64,000 nucleotides of DNA, taken from the NCBI GenBank assembly GCA_030265395.1, contig JARFYF010000061.1, positions 19,991,542-20,055,541 on the forward strand. Reading direction: 5' to 3'. This document shows positions 25,201-37,200 of this stretch, piece after piece. Positions within the stretch are counted from its first letter, which is position 1. Every line of letters begins with the position of its first letter. Made by a program: the position numbers and the translations under genes. The notes under the pieces were generated by a model, which saw nothing but the letters and a program-made list of their open reading frames with translations, searched no databases and was not told the DNA's origin. Source of the stretch: Rhina ancylostomus. Lineage: Eukaryota.

Positions 25201-28200
25201 CTTTGGGGAAATCAAGTTAGTCTTTTCAACTGTCTCAACAAATTTCATTCTCGAGCCACCATCTTCATCTTTTTCTTTGCCAACTGCCTGAAACCAAAGC
25301 AAGTTGTTTGTGGCCTTGACATCACGTATGACTGAGATTAAACTTGGAACATATATCCAGTTCATAACAAAACTGTATATTTCCATCTCAATAACTTCAC
25401 TGGTCACTGTTCTTGCCAACTCACATCCATGCCTTTGTTACCTCTTTCCGAAGTATTCCTAGCTTCCAAAACTCTGCAACCCAGGCCTCAGCTCATATCC
25501 ACCTCTTTTTGGTTCCCAATCAGGCAGCATCTCAATTCCAAAATTCTTACCCATATTTTCAAATCCCTCCGTGGCCTCACTGCTTCCAGTAACTGTGACC
25601 TCCTCACACCATCCTCGAAGATATCTATGCTCTTCCAACTGTTTCTCTTAATCATCTCTAAACTCAGTCACTCCAGAGATGGTAGTTATGGCTTCAGCGG
25701 CTTAACTTCAGAAATTCCTTCCTAGATCTCTCCACCTTTCCCACTTCCTCTAGACATTTAAGCCTGTCTCACTAACCAAGCTTTTGGTCACCTGTTCTAA
25801 ATTCCTCATCTTGCTTGTATGTGTTTTTTCTTTGATAAATGCAAGGGGCCATTTTGCTATGCTAAAAATGTGGGTTTTTTTTTCAGATTTACTGTTATTG
25901 CTCATTGAAGCCATATATGGCTCAAATTAAGAGTGAGGAAATAATGCCAACCCAGCCATCACTGCACATATTCTGAGAAACTTCCACAAATGCCCACATA
26001 CTATGTCATATCAACTGATCTCAGCCTATGGTAGCTGCAGTACTTAAATGGTCTTTGGTTTCCCCATATAGTATGGCCAAATGACGGCACTCACCATGGG
26101 TTCCCATTTCTGTTTATTTCTCAAACTTTTGTGTTTTCCTAGAAAGAACACCTTTGTTACAGCATTGTTATAGTATTCTACTTACTGCTCTGTTGAACTA
26201 AATGTTATCCAGAACAGCTAAAGGCTGGGTTGGAGTAATCAAAAGAAATTGCAGGATTGACGGTTATTTTGTAATTATAAATAATTTCAGACAAATGTGA
26301 TATATGGTCATGGCATTATAAAAAACCGTCAAACTGATTCAGCATTTTCTGGTCATCTTCTATTTTTATTTTTTAATAATTACATTTGACAAGGTGTATA
26401 GTAAACATTTAATTATGTTGTTCTTTATCTTGCTTGAATTGCTTTGGTGCAATTCAGCTGTGAAAGTAGCTGAATATATTTCATTATTTCACTCCTCACT
26501 TCAATGATTTAAACACAGCACATCTACTAATTTACTACCACTTGTGTAAAAGCAGGTTAGTGTGACAAGGGTATATAATAATTAGAAAGACGCAACACAC
26601 ATGTCAAAACTTAAGTATGCAGTATACCTCATTTTCTATCCCTACCATTTCAGCTTCTCTATGCCACCAGTAAATTTTACTGCATAATCATTCAGAATCA
26701 GCTGAAAGTCAAAGGAGGGAAGAATTGCAAGGGAGAAAGAAAGAGCAGAAAACAATATCCTTTGCTGATCAAACATGCATTCCCTTACCTTGTATTCTTC
26801 TGTTCCAGGGCTAAGTGTTTTGATCTTTGAACCCAGTTGCATGAACTGTTGTGTTATATTTCCAATTCTTGTGTGAAGAGCTCTATATTCATTGTACTCT
26901 GCATTGAAATCATTCCGATAGTTTTGACACAGTTCAAAAGATGTAATGGCAGTGTACTTCCTGCAAAAATAAGTTGACCATGCAACTAAGTTTTCCAAAG
27001 CATGATATTGTAAAAAAATAAATCAATAATATTACAAGATGTTGCAAGGAGTTAATTACAGACTTTTTTTCAGCCTCAGTAACTTGTATGAAAAATAAAG
27101 GGCAGATAGGAAAGAAAGAGATGGCACTCCCATCCTTTCTGCACTTTTACAAGATCCTCGGTTTTCTATTTATATCAACTTTAATTGAATGCTTAAAATT
27201 TTTACTCTAGATTTTGCCCCACATGATAAACAAGATTCAAACTGAAAATCTGGCTGTAGACTTAGCTTTGTGATGGTGTAGAGCATTTTCTTTTGCCTTC
27301 TACAGCACCAAAATACTGAAGAGCCCAAATTTTATAATTAAGTATCTTGAAGAAAATTAAGTGAAAATATGACTAAAAAAGATTTTTTTGATGATGCTAA
27401 ATCAGATCTTATTTAAACTGCCAATTGTGTATTTATGAAAAACTAGAAAATTCCCAGAAAAAAAATACTAAAAGACGATAACTGAAGACTAAGAATCTGA
27501 TGGACTTTAACTATCTACTTCTCAAATAAATGATATAATCAACATTTCCTATAAAACATTATATTGCACATAATGAGTAATAATTAAAGTAAACCACAAA
27601 ATGATCAACATGTTATAGAAGGGTTATCAGTTTAAATGTCAAATAATTTAACTGACTGCTAATAATTTAATGAGTTGTAAAAAACAACACTGAATCCCTC
27701 AGATGGTTCTATCCAAGTACACTGATGACCTATTTTTCTTGCATAATACAGTTGCGTTTTACATCAATTATTACATGCCTTGCAAATAATTATAAAATGT
27801 GAAGGCTACCCATCTTTTTGCAATAAGAACTGCTTATATAGTCTAGCATTTGATCAATATTTAATAAACACTTGCAGTGGTAAACCTGGCTTTCCCTGTC
27901 TTTCCTGCCCAGATGTTGTATCTTCCTGTACCAATAGCCTCCAATATCCAATCAAGTGGAAGGCAAGCTGTTTAACCAAGTTTGACTAAAATATCTATCT
28001 GCTTAAACATGTCAGTTCATCAATTAAAAGAAACTCAAATTCTGAAAATCTACTATTGAAGCTTTTACTAAATTTCCTTTTTTAAAAAAATGTTAAAACA
28101 CTTTAAAATACAAATTTGTTTTCCACTGGTGGTCTCCCAATTACCAGCTATACAACTGTCATAACAACCAGTGGCCATTCACCTTTCAGCATGAGTCAGT

Positions 28201-31200
28201 CAGGGTGTGAATTAACATCAGTAAAAGCTACCGATTCAAAACAAACACCCAGAAGGTTCATTTATGATTATAAACTGCATAAGAACCCATTCATTAGGTG
28301 CAAAAATCTTGTGAAGATTTGACCTATCCTAAAAAACACACCAGGGATTATGTATTTGTCTGGTTTCTTTCTAGTCAAGGAGATGAGATTGCTACAATTT
28401 GCCAGTCAGAACTTGTTATTGGGTTTATAATGATCACTCTATGTTTCTGCAACAACGTACCAACCCACCCAACTATGATGAAACATTTGTAATACATAAA
28501 TCAACTATTTTCTCACAGTTCAGACAGGATAGCCTAGAAATTCACGCTAGCTAGTCAATTTCAATTTTTTAAAAAATCACCAAGGAAAACTGTGGATTTG
28601 CTGTGAGCTTCACAAAGTCTGTCATTTTCCTTCTGAATCTTCTGTGCAACTGATGCTCTAATGCATGAAGGAACTNNNNNNNNNNNNNNGCATTGAACAC
28701 AACCCTCCCTACCACTACCATGATTTTGATTGGTACACAGGACCTAAAAATAGCAATGGCAACAATGTTCCTCTCCCTGTAACCTGAAGAACCTAACTCA
28801 CCCTCAATCACCCTGACTGGTGTCATGAACCTCCAAGAACTTGTGCCCAAACATTGTCCAGGCCCCCTTTCCCCACCTCCCCTACTCAGTCAACCTAGAG
28901 CTAGAATTACAGAATAATCTTCCACTCTCATCTTTGCACTGCGATGAGAGTGGAAGAAAGGACGTTAAGGCCTGTACTGTCATAATAATGCCCTGCTGTT
29001 ACTGGAGTCTGTAGCAGTGGACTCTTAACAATTCATCTTATTGCCATATACTAGCCTGCATAGTCATGCCTTTACAGTGCCACTCAATTCCTAGGTATAT
29101 ATTTTTATGAAAGATTTGATGCAAATAAAGAGCTTAAAACACCTGTCTCTCCATATGATGTAAAACCCGATAGAGAGCTTAAAAGTGCTGGAATCTAATA
29201 AACAAATAGAGATTAAAACAAGGCCTCTCTATTTATGGGATGTGCGTGTCACTGGAAAGGTCAGGGCTCATCACCAGTCTCTAACTTTAGGAATATGATG
29301 GTGTGCTGTGTCTTTAACTATTGCAATCTGTGCGATGAAGATACACCTATGGTGTACACCTAGGGTGGAGAATTCCAGTACTTAAACCCAGTGAAGGTGA
29401 AGGAATAGTAATATCCATTTCTCAGGATAGTGAGTGACGTTGAAGAGAACTTGTTGGGGAGTGGTGGCTTCCTACCTGGTTGCTTTCCTTGCCGATGTTT
29501 TAGAGGTCAGGAGTCTAGAAGTGCAGTACTTTTTGAACACTTTTGAAAGTCACTGTAAACCAAGGTGGTTGTATTATCTTGAAACAGTTATAAACTCATT
29601 ATTTTCTAAATACCTTTGAAAAGTATAATACTTAAATAATATGCAGAATATTCTGAAGTCTGGATGAAACTGAATAATGAAATATTTCTAGGCTGCGGGA
29701 GAATTATGCATTACTCACGGGAGCTGTGCTCTTCTTTATTCTTCAAATCTACAGCATACAAATAAGTTAGTAATATCCAGCCACAAGAACAGAATCAAAG
29801 GAACTGAAACTGTTCTTTTACATCTAACTGCACAACTAGACTGTTCTGAAATGTTCACCCCCCCCCCCCCAACCTATGTCCAAGATTCATTGGCCTTATT
29901 GTGGAAATACCCTCAGCACATTTCCAGAAGTGACAACCTTCAGGAATTTACCACAACTGATAAGCATTTGACCTTATAATCCTGGTCGTTTCATTGCAAC
30001 AAGTGAAAGGGTAAGTATTAAGGCAGGGACAGTGCTATTTACATTGAATGCAGTACAGCCTTTATCAGAAATATGGTACCTACAGCATGCAGTAGCATAT
30101 TATTTGTCAGTCTCCAAGTTCAGATCCAGGTAGATTTATAGCTTCAAAGTAACAGTTTGCTATAATGCTGTTAACTCAACTTTATGGAGTCAGAATGATA
30201 CAGTAAGGAAACATGCCCTTTGGCCCACTGAGTCCATGCTGATCATCAAGCACCCATTTACACTTTATTAGAACACAGAACAATACAGCACAGGAATGGG
30301 TATTTCAGTCCAGAGTTAGCACCGAACATGATGCCAAATTAAACTAAATCTTTTCTAGTTGTACATGATCCATATCCCTCCATTTCCTAACAGTCTCTTA
30401 ACTGCTGCTTAAATATATGTTTCCACCACTAATCCTGGCAGCCCGTTCCAGACATCTACCACTCTGTAAAAAAAACTCGCCCCAGACATCCTCTTTAAAC
30501 ATTCCCCCTCCGACCTTAAATGTAGTCTAGTACTTGACAGTTCTGCCCTGAGAAAAGGATTCTGACTGTCTACCCTATCAATGCCTCTCATAATTTTTAA
30601 CTTCTGTCAGGTCTCCCTTCAGCCTCCAACGCTTCAAAGAAAACAACCCAAGTTTGTCCAACCTCTCCTTGTAGCTCATACCCTTTAGTCCAGGCAGAAT
30701 CCTGGTAAACCACTTCTGCACCCTTTCCAAAGCCTCCACATCCTTCCTGTAATGGGGAAAAATATTCTTCCCACATTCCCATCAAACCCCCCCATATTTT
30801 ACCACTCACCAATGCAGTTAGGGCAATTTACAATGGCCAATTAACATACCAAAGACCGGTGGGTTGGATGTGCGAGGAAACTGGACCACCAAATGGAAAC
30901 CCCGCGCCATTATAGGGAGAGCTCCACACATACAGCACCAGAGGTTCTGTTTGAACCTGAGTCACTGGAACTGGAACTGTGAGACAGCAGCTGTTTGTTG
31001 GGCTTATCAACCAATCAGCCAGATAATTCACAATAGCAAGAATACTCTTTATTAGTGGGGCTGCCTCAGGTTAATTCTTTCAACTTGCCTTTGAGCAGAA
31101 TCCTGAAAAGTAGACTGTCTGATTCATAAAGCCAAGCAGTTTCCTCAGTACAGACTGGAAAAAGTGAGAATCTCAAAACTTTAATGAGTACCTGTGAACA

Positions 31201-34200
31201 ATGCACTACACTTCAATAACTTACCTCTTGTTCTCATTATCATCTATTGTTTACAACCTGTACCTGCATGGGCAAAGATGGGATAGAAGTTGAAAATCCC
31301 TTCAGATTGAAGAAGTGTAGAGAGGATACAATAGTTAGGTGAAGTACTTGGTAATTGTTTGAACTATCTGGCTGCATGGGAATGCAGACACAGGATGCCT
31401 GTTTTTGCATTCCTCTCATGCCTTTCTGTCACCCAATTAGATCAAGATTGTTTAGTACTAAATATTTAACTGCTATTTTTCTACATCAACTGATGGACAT
31501 AACGAACAAAAATTTAACTGCTCTCAGTCTTTGACCCAAGATCCAAATACTTCAGGGGAGATAATTTTACTTTTCCGCTATTCTGTGTTAGGAAGTTGGT
31601 GAGTGTCATCCAGCAATTTTTAAACACACCTTGGCAGGATAACCAGGACCTAAATATGCAGAAGAGTAATTGATAACAGGAGTAAATCAATAAAGTCAAA
31701 TCTCTCTGATATATCTGTGACCTATCTACAATGATTTTAAAATGAAAACCAGCTGCTGTTACTTGAACCCAGGTCGGTTTATCCCAGAGTTAGTGGTTTT
31801 TTACTCAAAAAGCTTTGGTATTGGTTTATTATTGTCACTTGTACTGAGGTACAATGAAACACTTGTCTTGCATACCGTTTGTACAGATCAATTCATTACA
31901 CAGTGCATTGAGGTAGTACAGGGTAAAAATAATAACAGAATACAGAGTAAAGATTTTGATTTAACACGATTCCAATCATTACCAGGGAAAAAGTGTAACC
32001 ACCCAGCCTCCTACACTCTTCCCACCCATGTTCCTCCCAGGTGGTTTAAAGCAACAGCACAGTGTATNNNNNNNNNNNNNNNNNNNNNNNNNNNNNNNNN
32101 NNNNNNNNNNNNNNNNNNNNNNNNNNNNNNNNNNNNNNNNNNNNNNNNNNNNNNNNNNNNNNNNNNNTATTCTACTGGTGTCTCTCTGACTGATTGATCC
32201 AAAGCTAAAATCCTGTTTTGGCCTAATCATACCGATCTAGAAGTTGAAGAATGGTAACGTAAATATTCTGTACTCAAAGCCAAGGGATAATCACTGTTGG
32301 ACATCCTTTCTACCATGTTTGCCTTCCATCAGGGAAGACATTCATGCCAAGACCAACATTAGACAACAATGTGATCCCAGCCTGTGAATAACTGAGAAAA
32401 GTGAATTCCATTTCACTTGAATCTTTAAACTTACCATAGTCACAATAAAAGTCAACTTAATAAAAAGTCAACTAGTATTAAATTAGGGTAAACATGTCAG
32501 CTGAAGTCTGCATTGAAGAGAAGCAGCACAAGATTTCAAAAATGAAACAATAAAAATTTAATATTTCTTTGCAATTAATTTCTAGGAAAAAGCAAAATGA
32601 CTGAACAAGGACAGTTTCCACTGATTAAAGATTATGAAGTTAAAAAGAAATATTAAATTTTTTCCCAACCAGGTCACATATCTGAATGGGCATAATGGGC
32701 CAAAACATGCATAAATATTGTAAAAAAAGTAATATCCAGATGTCCCTCCCCCTTTCCACCTCTGCCTCAGTAAGGCGAATGTTCTACTAATTGTAATTTT
32801 CAAAGTATACTGTAAACCATAATGTATTGATGCACAGTAATCTTCTAAAGGTGTAGGAATTGTTGCATATTTTTACTGTATGCTCAGGTCACTAATATTT
32901 TATGGAATATTTATTGTAATTATTATTGAAGCAAAGATCAGCATAGACAAAATGGATTAAGTTTTCTCCTGTGTTTGAAGTGCCCATTATCAGTACAAAG
33001 GGTTTAATTTAATACAAGGATTTGTATCTTATTGCTTCAAGGTACAACTTCTATCAATTTTGCAGAGGATCACTTTTAACCCCTTAAAAGCCAGCAGAAT
33101 CTCAGTTGCAGTGTAAACTAGACCTCATAAGGAACCTTTACTCTGTAGATTACAGCAGTCAATATTTCCACAATCTGTCAGATATAAGCCATGCTGAGTT
33201 GCCAACATGCGTAAGGCTACATACAAGGCAATAATGCCTTCACTAAATACAGAATTTCCTAATGCAAAATTTTTACTGAATTAATACTACTCACAATAAA
33301 TAGTCAGGCATTTCCACTGTTGAACTAGCGGTTGCAGATGTATTTGTGGTTTCATGCTCTGTAGATAAGATCATACAGGTTATTTGACTATCTAAAATAC
33401 TACATGTCAATGGACCTTACTAGTTGCCAATGGTAGTTACATGGTTATTTTTTTGGTAACAGGCATTAGTAGCAGCATTTCTCATTTTGTTTAAAATGAC
33501 TTCAACAGCAACAGTTGCTTAGGTACATGGATCTTCACATCTATTTTTAGTCAGTAATTAGCAAAATGAAAAGCTTCCATACATTGTGTACAAAGATAAA
33601 ATCAAATGTACTAACGTGCACCTAGCACATTTCACAGAACCTTAGACCCAATATTTGAACAGCCACAACAATTGGAAATAGGAAGGGTAATTAATCCTTT
33701 CCATTGACAAACCTACACAACATCCACGTTGGATCCTATGGCTCCTGAGCAATTTGTTTCCAAAGTTAATTAAATGGCACATTTTTTTTAAATCAAATGT
33801 ACTGTGAAAATAAGGCTTCTTATTTAATTGTATTTCATGAATTAACATTTCATAAGAACATGATCCAGGATTTATTTTACAATTATATTCTAATAATGAT
33901 CAAATATAGTACTACTCTCATGGTTGCCTGAACTCTTCAGGATACACAATTGCAGATTAACTTGTTTTGTAGATTTTAAATGAAACTTCATTCAGACAAC
34001 AACGCCATTCAAATTAGCTACTTTTTTTTTCTCCACTCTCACAAAGTAGTAATTCGTTATGTTCTTCATCGCTGGCTGTTGGACTCCGTGATTCTTGGAA
34101 CCCTGGGAAGAGAAGTCGGCCGTGCAGTCCCTCAAATCTTTCCTAGTCATTCAACTAGGTCAGGGCTAATTTGCATCTCAACTTCATTTGTCAGCCTTGG

Positions 34201-37200
34201 TTCTATACTTCCTAACACTGTTGCCCAATTTTAAAAACAAAGTCTATCTTTCAGAGCAGGTTAACCAGCACTATGAACTAATCTGTCCATTGCCAGGTAA
34301 CACAAATAGTCACTCGAAAACAGACAAATACATATCAAGACTTAAGCTGTGTAAATTTGAAGTTCAAATGTGAATTTTCAAGATCATGTCTGAACTACTA
34401 CTACATTAGAATAATAACATTTCCTGATTATTAATAACAAAGTGACATAATTTGAGGATTTACTTCCATGGCAAGAGCTTAGGAACCCAATATTTAAAAG
34501 GAAAAATTCAATGCCAAGACATTACCTTTATGATTTTCTTTGTGTGGTTTTTCAATCCTCTGCGACGGACTCTCTTTTAGCCACTTTCTTGCTTCTGATT
34601 TCATATGCTCTCTCTCCTTCTCTTTGTGTTTTTTGCACTTTTTTTTATTATGGCCAGCACAGAGTTCCACATCCTCTGGAAGAGGGTAAGCTGTCTGTTC
34701 TAAACTCATTTGTGCAACTTGGTTCTGAGAATTCCCAGCAACATCACAACTACCTCTGAATTCTTTATCATTTTTGATTATGTGAATCCGTGTAGAGTCA
34801 CTGCAGTTTTTAAATGGCTCTGTAAATTCATTCTGACTCTCAGGCAGTGAAGAGCGAGTTTTCAGGAACTCTGTTTTAATAGGAACACAGGAATTTGATG
34901 TGGCAGTAGGGCATGTTGAATAAGGAAGATGACCATTCAAAATAAGATGCTGATTACTCCTGGAATGCAATACTTTACTTCTCTTGTTTTTGTGTGAATC
35001 TGTCTGTTCTGAAGGCACTGATCGTTTCTGAAATTAAGGTACATTTTAAAAGAAAGCCTTTTAATAGACAGTCAACATTAGGAACTATATTGTATTTTCC
35101 AGGTACCATATATAATGAACACAATTTAATATACTGGGCTTCTTGGACCAATTTCACGAAAATGCCTGTAACATTCTTACTTTGAAAGATGTGACCAATA
35201 ATGGAAGCAATGATAATGAAGCATAACTATCATTTTTTTTTTATTCTGTATTTAATCAGCAGCAGCTCCTAGCAGTGATGGTGTCAGCCGGAAGCAAGAT
35301 CTTCCTCTGTATAGTAACACATAAATAAGCAGACAAGCAATGTTAAACTATTAGATCTTACTGATTTTAACCTTGAGGCTAACTAAAACTTTAAAAATAG
35401 TTCAGGGAATCACATGACAGGTTAAAATTTCCAGTACAAGAGGGCTGGGTATAATTCACTGAAGTTGGATATGGATGTAAAGATCAGCAAAATGTTGAAT
35501 AAAGCCATATTAATAATTTTGGAAATAAATCTGGCAGAAAGAGAAAGAAATCAAGATGAGGAGGAAGTGAGGGGCAGGGCGAGGAGGAAGTGAGGGGCAG
35601 GGCGAGGAGGAAGTGAGGGGCAGGGCGAGGAGGGAGGGGTCAAAGGAAAGAGCTGAAGTTTAAGTCTCAAAGTAAAGGTGAGGGTTCGATGACAGAGGTA
35701 AAGGGCCAAGAGTGAGTCAATGGAGAGATGGTAGGGACTAGGAAGGTTTGCAGATGACACAAAAATTGGTGGACTGTAGATGATGAGAAAAGTTATGAAA
35801 GATACAGTGGGACACACTTCAGCTGGAAAGTTCGGTGGAGCAGTGGCAGATGGAATTTAATCCATACAAGTGTGTGGTAATGAACTTTGAGAAATCAAAT
35901 TCTGGTAAGGACATACAGAGGGGCCTTAGGAGCACTGATGTGCAGACGGACCCTGGGGGGTCAATTGACAACACAGGTGGATAAGGTAATGAAAAAGGCA
36001 TTTGGTATGCTTGCTTTCATAGTCCGAGCATTATGTGTAAGAGCTGGGGCGTCATGTTGCAGCTGTACAAAACACTGGTTAGACCCTCTTTGGACTACTG
36101 TGTACAGTTCTGGTTACCACGCAATAGGAAGGATGTGGTAGCAATAGAGAGAGTGCAGAAGAATTTTCACCAGGATGGTTGCCTGGAATACAGGGCTGTA
36201 ATTATAAAGAGAGAATGGATAGACTGGGTCTATTTGCACTGGAATGTAGGAGGCTGAGGGGTGACGAGGGAAGAGTGGTAGGTGTTGTCTACATGGACTT
36301 CAGCAAAGCCTCTGACAAGTTCCCGCGTGGTAGGCTGTTCAAGAAGGTTAGATCATGTGGGATCCAGGGTGAGCTAGCCAACTGAATACAAAAATTGGCA
36401 TGGTGGTAGGAGTCAGAGGTGGTAGTGGAGGGTTGTTTTTCAGATTGGCGGCCTGTGAGCAGCGGTATGCTGTGGGGATGGGTGCTGGGTACACTGTTGC
36501 TTGTCATCTATATTAATTATTTGGATGAGAATGTAGTTGGCATAGTTAGTAAGTTTGTAGATGACACCAAAACTGGTGATTCAGTGGACAGTGATGAAGT
36601 TTATCAAAGATTACAACAGGATCTAAATCAACTGCCAAAGTGGGCCAATGATTGGCAGATGGAGTTTAACTCAGACAAGTGTGAAGTGTTGCATATTTGG
36701 CAAGTTAAAGCAGATCTGGAATTACACAGTAAATGGTGGGGCCTTGGAGTGTGTTGTAAAACAGAAAGATCATGGGGGACAAGTACATAGCTCCCTGTAA
36801 GTAGCAACACAGGTAGACAGGGTAGTGAAGAAGGCGTTTGGCACACTTGCCTTCATCGGTCAAGACAATGACTACAGAAATAGGGACAACATGTTACAAC
36901 TATGCAAGATGTTAGTGAAATCATACTTGGAGTACTGTATGCTGTTCTAGTCACCTAGCTATAGGAAGGATTTCACTAAGATGGAAAAGTGCAGTAAAGA
37001 TTCACAAAGATGACACCAGGACTGGAGGGCTTAAATTATAAGGGAAGACTGAATAGACCAGACATTTTTCCCTGAAGCATAGGAAGCTGAGGGGTGACAT
37101 TATGGAGCCTGTCTCCATGCTGTATCTCTCTATGACTATAACCCTATAGAGAGTCATATAATTATGGAGAGACATAAATAAGATAGATATCCAGAATCAA

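Noticed and set aside
35558-35633. Short direct repeats as a CRISPR-like array
   Set aside because: Head-to-tail units with no spacers, in a vertebrate intron.
35887-36790. ORFs with reverse-transcriptase motifs as a possible host or novel RT gene
   Set aside because: Fragmented CR1 ORF2 with stops and frameshifts.
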